Of a stretch of DNA of 64,000 nt, positions 56,076-64,000 are shown piece after piece. The notes under the pieces are model-generated. The model saw nothing but the letters and a program-made list of their open reading frames with translations. It searched no databases and was not told where the DNA came from. Made by a program: the position numbers and the translations under genes. Source of the stretch: Synechococcus sp. (GTDB lineage Bacteria > Cyanobacteriota > Cyanobacteriia > Thermostichales > PCC-7336); assembly GCA_051439425.1 (NCBI GenBank), contig JBFRWD010000102.1, positions 1 through 64,000 on the forward strand, read 5' to 3'. Positions within the stretch are counted from its first letter, which is position 1. Every line of letters starts with the position of its first letter.

Positions 56076-57157
56076 AATGCTCCCCCTTCATACCACTTAT
56101 GAAGAATCATTTATGGACTTTCTATATGTGAAGGATATGGAAGACATCAGAGGGCGGTTGAAAGGTCAATGACATAGCTAACAAAGGTATTAATAATCTC
56201 ACCTTAAAATACATCGAGAGGGTAAAAAAGATGCTCAGGGTGGTAGTTAATAAATCGGAAAACAACGGAGAAATAGAAGCGAGACGTTTGTTTCAAAGCT
56301 AATTAAAGTGTACAAACCAGTCATGGAATCTCAGCTCCATTCGCTAGAATCCTCCCAGCATCAATCGTCAGCGACAAGCTAATGGTAGTGATTTGGATTG
56401 CATCAATAATGTGAGACTTTGGATGTTTAATACGAATATAAAGTTAAATCGCATTAGTCAGATTGAAGAGTGGCATCTGGATTATGTCAGCCACATAGAA
56501 AGTGGACCGCTAAGTAAAAAGTCCTCAAAGCTAACGAATGGAGATAAATGAAAAGAAAAGCCAGAGATACATTAGATATCAGCAGTAAATCAATCAATCT
56601 CTGTATTAAGCAAAGCGAAAAAAGGGTTAGTTTCTCAATAATTGCAGAGTCGAAGGAGAATGGTCAAAAACTAAGAACCAGCAGGCATTTCGAAAAGTAG
56701 GTAACGATTAGGAAACAGCCGCTGGAAAACCTTTGGGCAGGTATCTTTCAGTTACTGAAAGAAGGGGATAGCACGAGTATAAACGTACTCTTATAAAAAA
56801 TTAAAACCAGTGATTGAATGAAGTATTCCTGGGTAATAAGAGTGCTTCTCTCAAGAAGTTTTAAAGAACAGTAGTATTTTTTAACGTCTTAGATAACAAT
56901 AAACTATTATTTAAAATAAATATACCATAAGAGATTGAAAAGCAATTATTTAAAACTAGTGTGATCTCCTTCATTTAACCAATTCGTGGTTTCTATATAA
57001 TCGAACAAGTTGAGTTTATCTATGAATTTCTAATGGAATAGATTTGAAAAACGAATAACAACTAATCCACAGAATAGTTATTCGAGATAAGGCACAGTCA
57101 AAATGTAGTATAATTATTAGAATGTGCTAGATCAATCTCGATAGATGTTGAATAATT

Positions 57158-57280
57158 GGATGCATCCCAGTTTTGCAGCGAGTATAAATACTTGCAACTT
57201 CAATCCTTCTCATAGCAATGCTTTTGAGGGGGCTTGAAAAAATGCGAGGGGTGAGCTTTCTACATAATTGGGATGCGCCC
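57158..57280. mobile_element. 123-bp MITE related to the ISKra4-type element
   Basis: Ends GGATGCATCCCAGTTTTGCAG / TGGGATGCGCCC; perfect 8-bp TSD GAATAATT. Confidence 0.88.
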
Positions 57281-57362
57281 GAATAATTGAAGTATTTAAT
57301 CAGATGTGTTGTAGTGACTTAAGTATTTATTAGCTAGAAAGCAATTACTGTATATAAAAAAG

Positions 57363-58163
57363 ATGGCTCAACTAAATTCCTCTACAATCCGTCCAAACCT
57401 TCGTATAGTACTTGAACTGTCACGCCAGGATTTAGCTGTAAATAATTCTCGCTCGAATCTAGGCTGGTTATGGTGGTTCTTAGACCCACTTGCCCAGATT
57501 GGGATCTTGTGGTTTTTTAAGGTTCTGGTTTTTGGAGTAGATAGATATCAACCGTATGTTATTTTCGTTGGATGCGCAATTATCTGTTGGAAGTTTTTAA
57601 GTTCATCAGTGAATCGTTCATCAAATCTATTGCGTGCTAAAGAATCGCTGATAAAGTCTTTCCCATTTCCAACAATCGTGCTTCCATGCTCGCTAGTTTT
57701 TACACAATTAATATTCTTTTTGACAGGGTTAATCGTTTTGATAGGAGTAGCAGTATTAATCGGTCAACCAGTTACACCAATGCTGCTTCAGATTATACCA
57801 TTAACACTTTTGATGATACTTGCAGTTTTAGGTGTTACTTTGTTAGTAGCAGTTTTAGGTGTCTTTCTGCAAGATTTGAACAATATAACTACACACCTAC
57901 TCCGGATTCTTTGGTACCTTAGCCCAGGAATATACAGCACATCTCTGGTAGCAGAGCGTTTCGGAGTAGACCCAACATGGGTGAGAATATATAAACTCAG
58001 TCCAGTTGCAATTCTTTTTGAAGGCTTTCGTTCTTCAATATTTAGTCCAGAATGGATTTCACCTCAAGACTGGATTGTATTCGCAGGATTCTCCTTCATT
58101 GCCGTTACAATTGGTTTTGCAACCTATCAACGCTTCGATCGGCGACTAATCAAGTACTTTTAA
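57363..58163 (+). CDS. Polysaccharide ABC exporter permease (Wzm/TagG-like)
   Basis: LGWLWWFLDPL, LIKSFPFP, YLSPGIY; about 6 TMs. Confidence 0.9.
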   Translation: MAQLNSSTIRPNLRIVLELSRQDLAVNNSRSNLGWLWWFLDPLAQIGILWFFKVLVFGVDRYQPYVIFVGCAIICWKFLSSSVNRSSNLLRAKESLIKSFPFPTIVLPCSLVFTQLIFFLTGLIVLIGVAVLIGQPVTPMLLQIIPLTLLMILAVLGVTLLVAVLGVFLQDLNNITTHLLRILWYLSPGIYSTSLVAERFGVDPTWVRIYKLSPVAILFEGFRSSIFSPEWISPQDWIVFAGFSFIAVTIGFATYQRFDRRLIKYF

Positions 58164-59020
58164 TGAGAAAGAATATTACAAGAACAGCAGATAGTGCAAA
58201 AAACGAGCACAAGCAAGCAATCTTGGAGGCGAGAGGCGTAGGGTTGTGCTATAACCTCAAAACAGCTAAAGCATTTAAGAATCGACGTAAAGCTGCAAAG
58301 ATTAAAGACTTGCGATTTGAGGACAATTTATTTTGGGCCCTTAGAGATATAAACCTTGACTTCTACTCGGGGCAAACAATTGGAATAATCGGTCCTAACG
58401 GTGCTGGCAAAAGCACACTATGTTCCGTCCTCGCTGGTATTATTCCTCCTGACGAAGGAATTGTAAAATCTAGAGGAGATGTTGGAGCACTACTTTCGAT
58501 TGGAGCTGGTGGCTCTGGTTGGCTAACTGGCCGTCAAAATATTATGACAACATCTATTTTATTTGGTTTATCTCGCGAAGAGATCAAAGAAAGAATTGAT
58601 GAGATCATTGAATTCTCTGGGCTTGGCGAACATATAGATCAACCTGTACGAACCTATTCATCTGGAATGAAGTCGAGACTCACTTTTTCTGTTGCTACGT
58701 GTATTGAAAGAGAAATCTTATTCCTCGATGAAGTTTTGAGTGTAGGAGACAAATCCTTCAAAAAGAAAGCACAAAAGCGTATGACTGCGATGATGAGTTC
58801 AAGCAAGTTAGTAGTCGTAGTTTCCCATAGTCTATCTTTTGTAAGAGAGACTACTACACATTGTCTCTGGCTAAACAAAGGACGTGTAAAGAGATTTGGA
58901 AAGCCAGATGATGTAGTTGCTGCATACGAAGAATTTGAAGAGAGAAAACAAGAGAAGAAACAAAAAAGAAAAGCCAAACGAAATCCACAAACTAATGAGG
59001 TTCAACAATCAAGTTACTAA
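58163..59020 (+). CDS. Polysaccharide ABC exporter ATPase (Wzt/TagH-like), no C-terminal CBM
   Basis: FWALRDI, GPNGAGKST, YSSGM, LDE, VSHS; TAATG overlap with the permease. Confidence 0.92.
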   Translation: MRKNITRTADSAKNEHKQAILEARGVGLCYNLKTAKAFKNRRKAAKIKDLRFEDNLFWALRDINLDFYSGQTIGIIGPNGAGKSTLCSVLAGIIPPDEGIVKSRGDVGALLSIGAGGSGWLTGRQNIMTTSILFGLSREEIKERIDEIIEFSGLGEHIDQPVRTYSSGMKSRLTFSVATCIEREILFLDEVLSVGDKSFKKKAQKRMTAMMSSSKLVVVVSHSLSFVRETTTHCLWLNKGRVKRFGKPDDVVAAYEEFEERKQEKKQKRKAKRNPQTNEVQQSSY

Positions 59021-59195
59021 ATAGATAATACAAACATGAATACTTATATTATCTGGCAGAGATGATTTTTTCTTAAAAAGACAAAATCCTAAAATATCCG
59101 AATATAGCTTCTGGTATGTCTAAGAATACCTAGTGCAAAATAGCTCTCTTCCATAAAAGAACTTAACTACATGGAGGTAGCAGTCATAAATAGCT

Positions 59196-60542
59196 CTAAT
59201 TAGTCATTTCTTTTTGATAGACCTGATTTAACAACTTATTGAATTTTGCAATTTTAGGATTTATCTGAATAGATTTTCTAAGAACAGATGCCGCACGTAC
59301 CGGTCCGCTATACTTCAAGAAATCTTTGACAATGCCTCTGTAGTAATTATCATCGGTGATTCCAATCTCAATGGCGTTTTGAAAAGAATGTTCCAGCAAG
59401 TATTTTGAGGCTGGATGACAGTCTTCACTATGTTCACGCAAAAACCTAGAGTAATGCAGACAAAGGATAGGGTTATCAAGAATTAGAGTAGGTATAGAGA
59501 AGTCACCACTAGTTCTATTTAGATCTTTATTATATTCTGGAAGGATTTGACGAAAGAAATCAAGCGTTGTTAAGTCATAGGATTCAACTATCTGAGAAAT
59601 ATCTGTATAATTCTCTTGCTCTCCAGGATGACCATCATGTGGATTAAAATCTTTCTCAAATAAAAGCGAAAGGTCTGTATCAAACAACTTATCTATCTTC
59701 ATTAAAGGTTTTCTGTTGTTGACAGTTATTACACTATCAAGAACAGGTTTTAGAACTGGTTTTGTCATTATCAGATTTTCAGAGAGTATGGCATGTATTT
59801 TCTTGAAGAAAAAGAGAATATTATTAGATTTAGTATGATGGTAGCCACTATGCTCTGCAAGAAAATCTCGCCTATAGTTCTGCAAAAGGATCATTTGCTC
59901 AGAGCTCAAGGATAAGTTCTTATTTTTGCTTTCATGAGAAAGATGGCTTAAGCTTTCACTAGTAAAGTCTTCTAGCCTTTTATAAAAATCTAGAACAACG
60001 TCACCACCCGACAGTTTACGTTTATCAAATGCCTGTAAACTAAAGCAATCTTTACCTACTAAAGAAATCCAACGCTCAAGAGGCCTATAAACCTTTATTT
60101 TAAACTCCAGTGGGTTTGAAATAATATGGTCAGCTTTGACTCTCTGTTGCATTAGAGAAAGGTAGAAGTCTGCAGGCCTGCGAATGTATGCGATTACTTT
60201 AATAGAACTAAATTTAATATCAATAGAATCTAGCAGTATTTTCTGTTGTTGCTCACTGATACCTAACAAGTTTTCGGCAGACATCAGTATACATCTTACA
60301 TTATGTTTTAGAGCCAGTTCTCGAATCTCTCTTAAGGAGTTTTGAGCTTGATTTTTTAGGGAGTAATGTTCTTCCCTAGGAGCTCTAGTATTTCCACCCA
60401 AAGCATAAATCAAATTTAAGTGGCTTCTCTCAGTGTGATAGAGAATGCCAGACTTGAGCAGCAATTTTGCGTTAACTCTCAAGTCTTTCTGTATGCTCGT
60501 TGTTCCTGTTTTTCCTTGGCCTACATGTAAGATCAAATCCAT
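59196..60542 (-). CDS. Sulfotransferase-like P-loop protein
   Basis: LHVGQGKTGTTSIQ, MSAENL, YIRRP..S, N.SLS; start placed at MDLILH. Confidence 0.75.
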   Translation of the reverse strand: MDLILHVGQGKTGTTSIQKDLRVNAKLLLKSGILYHTERSHLNLIYALGGNTRAPREEHYSLKNQAQNSLREIRELALKHNVRCILMSAENLLGISEQQQKILLDSIDIKFSSIKVIAYIRRPADFYLSLMQQRVKADHIISNPLEFKIKVYRPLERWISLVGKDCFSLQAFDKRKLSGGDVVLDFYKRLEDFTSESLSHLSHESKNKNLSLSSEQMILLQNYRRDFLAEHSGYHHTKSNNILFFFKKIHAILSENLIMTKPVLKPVLDSVITVNNRKPLMKIDKLFDTDLSLLFEKDFNPHDGHPGEQENYTDISQIVESYDLTTLDFFRQILPEYNKDLNRTSGDFSIPTLILDNPILCLHYSRFLREHSEDCHPASKYLLEHSFQNAIEIGITDDNYYRGIVKDFLKYSGPVRAASVLRKSIQINPKIAKFNKLLNQVYQKEMTN

Positions 60543-61436
60543 CTCATACCCTCTCAAAGCTTTTTTATAAAAAATCCTCAATAATAGAATTCAAGGAAAA
60601 TAGAAATATATCTTATATTTCAGCTTGAATAGAAGTAAGAGAATTAAACACATTTAATACCTTAATCTATATTGCATCACAAAAGGCTATAAAGCGATGA
60701 ATTCTACCTAGCTCTGTAAGAATGCATATCAAGGCTTTTTCTTATATAAACTGCTCGGTAGCTTTTCAAAAATTTTACTTTAGCATCCACAATAGTAACA
60801 CAAAAAATAAATTATCATAAGGGATACTAGAAAAGAACAATAGTATATTTAATGCCCATACACATGAACACCAACTCTATGTCTATCAATGCACTTATTA
60901 TACAACCACTTTAATGTCAAGCTTTCAATCTCTGATTTATTCTTCTACTAATCTTTTAATAAGATTTATACCCTAGCATTGACTTATGCAAATTCCAATA
61001 TCTCTCCAGAAGTATTTAGGTCATTCCTATAGAGTTTATATTCAACGGACTTAAATATCTCTGGTATCTTTAGACAGTGTCGGCGAATCAACTTCTGAAG
61101 TTTTACCATTCCAACTCATACATAGAACTCCAAAATAGACCTCCAATATCTTAGACGATTAAAATATTTCCTAAACAGAAATCTTTAGTAGTTTTATCAC
61201 TGCAATTAGTAACTACTTCTTTGTTATTTTTGTGACAAGTGCATCACTAGCTAGGATTAGGATAGAATTTCTGACTCTAGAGTCATTCACCCCATCCTCT
61301 TTAGCTCGAACAATCGTGCTAGTTTTATTGGCCATCTGATATCGGAAATCGAATCTCACAAGGTACAACAAATATTTAGTATAATAAACTTTTAGTCAAC
61401 ACAGCACGCACTACTTTTCTTCATTCATTAGATGAC

Positions 61437-64000
61437 ATGATTGCTCCTAACCAGCTTATTGTTTTGGGAATGCACCGTTCCGGAACTTCTTGTGTAACTC
61501 GCATTCTTAGCCTAATGGGAGCATATTGTGGTCAACCCAGCATGCTAACTGGGGCAAATGATGAGAACCCCAAAGGTTTTTTTGAGCGGCGCGATATTCG
61601 TCAGATTTGCGACAGACTCTTGCATAGTACAGGTGCTGACTGGTGGAAAGTCTCTGATTTTTCTGTAAAAAATATTCCAAACGAGGTCATTGAAGAATGT
61701 CATGATGTCTTTCAAGCCGCTCTTACCGATCTCAACTCACACCTACCTTGGGTGATAAAAGAACCCAGACTCTGTCTTCTATTTCCAATCTTTCGCCAAT
61801 GGCTAACCGACCCCATCTGCATTCATGTTCATAGAAACCCCCTAGAAGTGGCACGTTCATTACGTACCCGAAATGGTTTTAGTATTAGCTTTGGTCTAGC
61901 TTTGAGAGAAACTTATCATCGTCATGCAATATCTGCCTCTACTGGTTTACCTCATTTGTGTGTCTCTTACAACGACTTAATGAGTCAAGCTGAGATAGAG
62001 ATTCCTCGTTTACACGAACGGTTGACTTCTTCTGGAGTTGCGGGATTATCTCTGCCGGCACAATCTGATTTGCATGTGTTTGTGGATCGTAATCTATATC
62101 GACAACGAGAACAAACATCTCAATCCATTGTATTTGCCCTACCTACTCAAGCGGAGTTTCATCCAACTGATTTAGAATCAGCTGGTAACGAATCATTATT
62201 CAATAGTGAAAGCTTATTTCAAAGTATTGACTATGCATTGCGAGATGGAGAACGTCTTCATCAACAGTCAACTGCTTTCGAATTAATAATTAAGAAGCTA
62301 GAAAACAAGAATCGATACCTTGAATCTGAGTTATCTCGTATTCAAGAGGTTTCAAGAGCAAGAAGATCTCACATCAACCAACTTGAGAGAGATGTCAATA
62401 GTCAAACGAGAATTGCAAATCTGAAATCAAAGACTATTCAAGAGACATCAAAGACTATTCAAGAGAAATCAAAGACTATTCAGAAGCAATCTGAAATAAT
62501 CCAGAAATACAGGCAAGAGCTTTTAGAAATAACTTCATCAGATATATTTAGAATAACAAATTTATTTGCAAAAGCCTATGGACTTTTACTACCCAAAGCC
62601 ATTAAGCCATTTGTTCGTTCGTCTGCAAAAGTAGGCTACCACATGGGTCTTAGTACGATCCAATTAGCAAAAGGAATCCTTCGATTTAATCTTCAAACAA
62701 TTTTCAAAACTTCTAAAAGCAAAAGCTTTAATAGAGATAGATTTTTCAAAAGTAGGCAGAACTTTGAAAAGTTTCATCAACTGGAAGTTGACGTTATTGT
62801 TTGTGTCCACAACAGCTTAGAGGATGTCATATCTTGTTTGAGATCGGTAGTGGGATTGCAAATGGACAATGTGCGGATTATTGCTGTTGACGATGGTTCT
62901 GATGAAGAAACTAGAAATTATTTGTCGAATTTCTTTGCAGATCGACCCAACGATAGATTGATTGTTCATCAAAAAGCAAAGGGTTACACTTGTGCTGCCA
63001 ATGCCGGATTAAAAGCATCTACTGGAGATTATGTAGTTCTTCTCAACAGTGACACGATTGTTACTGATGGTTGGCTGGAAAAACTCTTAATGGTTGGAGA
63101 ATCCGATCCTGCTATCGGAATCGTCGGCCCACTCTCAAATGCTGCTAGTTGGCAGTCCATACCTGAAGTCATGCGAAAAGACGGAAAGGATTGGTCCGTT
63201 AATCCTATTCCATCTGGTTTATCGATAGAGAGAATGAATCAAATTGTCGATCTGCAATCTAACCTAATATTCCCCCGTGTCCCTTTATTAAATGGTTTTT
63301 GTTATGCCATTAAGCGTTCCACTATTGAAAAGATTGGCTATTTAGATGAAGAAAACTTCCCAAAAGGATATGGAGAAGAAAATGACTATAGTTTTAGAGC
63401 TGCTGATGCAGGATTTTCCTTAGCAATTGCCACACATTGTTACATCTATCATTCCAAATCCAGAAGTTATACTCATGAGCGCCGTAAAGAGCTAGCCCGT
63501 TTGGGAGGAGATGCTTTTAATCTCAAACATGGTAAGGACCGTGTGGAAAATGCAGTTAAATTGATGAAAACTGAGCCTACATTAAAACAGATGCGCTCTA
63601 GAACTGAAGCTTTAATCAAAAAGCTTCCTCTATCAGGGTCGAAAGCTGATTCATTATGTTCAGTGCTATTCTTATTGCCTGTTCCAGGAGGAAGCGGTGG
63701 TGCCCATTCGGTAGTACAAGAGGCAACTGGGTTAAGAAAGCTAGGAGTTAACGCTCAAATTGCCATGCCACAAGAGCATCGAATCGCGTTCGAAGCACAT
63801 TATTTCGATACGTTTCCATTAGATGAATTATTGGCTGTATATGGAGATGAGACTCAATTACTGGCTGAAGCAAAGCATTTCGATATTGTTGTTGCAACGA
63901 TCTTTACCTCTATCAAATTACTTGACCTGATTTGCCAGAAATATCCAAACATTACTCCTGCCTACTACGCCCAAGACTACGAACCATTATTTGAATTATC
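61437..64000 (+). CDS. Multidomain sulfotransferase / coiled-coil / GT2 / GT4-like protein (partial, not in ORF track)
   Basis: Manual translation open to the window end: LGMHRSGTS, NPKGFFE, KEPR, HRNPLEVARS; heptads; VIVCVHN, VDDGS, LLNSD, GYGEEND; GGSGGAHSVVQE, YYAQDYEPLF. Confidence 0.9.
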   Translation, partial: MIAPNQLIVLGMHRSGTSCVTRILSLMGAYCGQPSMLTGANDENPKGFFERRDIRQICDRLLHSTGADWWKVSDFSVKNIPNEVIEECHDVFQAALTDLNSHLPWVIKEPRLCLLFPIFRQWLTDPICIHVHRNPLEVARSLRTRNGFSISFGLALRETYHRHAISASTGLPHLCVSYNDLMSQAEIEIPRLHERLTSSGVAGLSLPAQSDLHVFVDRNLYRQREQTSQSIVFALPTQAEFHPTDLESAGNESLFNSESLFQSIDYALRDGERLHQQSTAFELIIKKLENKNRYLESELSRIQEVSRARRSHINQLERDVNSQTRIANLKSKTIQETSKTIQEKSKTIQKQSEIIQKYRQELLEITSSDIFRITNLFAKAYGLLLPKAIKPFVRSSAKVGYHMGLSTIQLAKGILRFNLQTIFKTSKSKSFNRDRFFKSRQNFEKFHQLEVDVIVCVHNSLEDVISCLRSVVGLQMDNVRIIAVDDGSDEETRNYLSNFFADRPNDRLIVHQKAKGYTCAANAGLKASTGDYVVLLNSDTIVTDGWLEKLLMVGESDPAIGIVGPLSNAASWQSIPEVMRKDGKDWSVNPIPSGLSIERMNQIVDLQSNLIFPRVPLLNGFCYAIKRSTIEKIGYLDEENFPKGYGEENDYSFRAADAGFSLAIATHCYIYHSKSRSYTHERRKELARLGGDAFNLKHGKDRVENAVKLMKTEPTLKQMRSRTEALIKKLPLSGSKADSLCSVLFLLPVPGGSGGAHSVVQEATGLRKLGVNAQIAMPQEHRIAFEAHYFDTFPLDELLAVYGDETQLLAEAKHFDIVVATIFTSIKLLDLICQKYPNITPAYYAQDYEPLFEL
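62424..62507 (+). repeat. In-frame 21-bp tandem repeat (3 strong units plus 1 degenerate)
   Basis: A(A/C)ATCAAAGACTATTCA(A/G).AG units encoding KSKTIQE TSKTIQE KSKTIQK QSEIIQK. Confidence 0.9.

Larger units (their letters stand above)
52450..64000. other. AT-rich polysaccharide-modification/export island (right end outside window)
   Basis: Abrupt GC drop upstream of dusA, no HIP1 seen, IS and MITEs, sulfotransferases, wzm/wzt. Confidence 0.8.

Noticed and set aside
58052..58162. N-terminal extension of the Wzt-like ORF
   Set aside because: Overlaps the permease; the TAATG-coupled ATG at 58163 is more plausible
44210..62507. CRISPR array, tRNA or rRNA (short repeats examined)
   Set aside because: Repeats are tandem without unique spacers; no cas genes, cloverleaf or rRNA signatures seen

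Overview
Cyanobacterial chromosomal window. HIP1 octamers (GCGATCGC) are abundant in the ~52-kb core. Divergent PsbC/PetD N-termini suggest an early-branching lineage (inference). The core region (1-52442) carries psbD 3' end and psbC, a degenerate cellulose-synthase-like GT2, groES-groEL (CIRCE), mfd, rpaA, fed2-like ferredoxin, psbM, gap, a sigG/anti-sigma operon, ctpA, petB-petD, crtL, psb29, secG, a co-oriented MscS-cNMP/CRP/CHASE2-cyclase trio, moeA, moaC, ftsH, a full-length Lon protease and dusA. Directly upstream of dusA an AT-rich island begins (~52450 to the window end), in which I saw no HIP1. It holds an ISKra4-type IS, two MITEs, two stand-alone sulfotransferase-like genes, Wzm/Wzt, and an ORF missing from the supplied track (61437 to >64000). 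That ORF fuses a sulfotransferase, a coiled coil with heptad tandem repeats, a GT2 and a GT4. Main leads: a possible sulfate-capped, ruler-controlled polysaccharide system; a cAMP source-sensor-channel cassette; uncoupled psbD/psbC with unusual D2 and CP43 residues; a CTG start in crtL; and two dispersed intergenic repeat families. All calls come from reading the sequence; no database searches were run.
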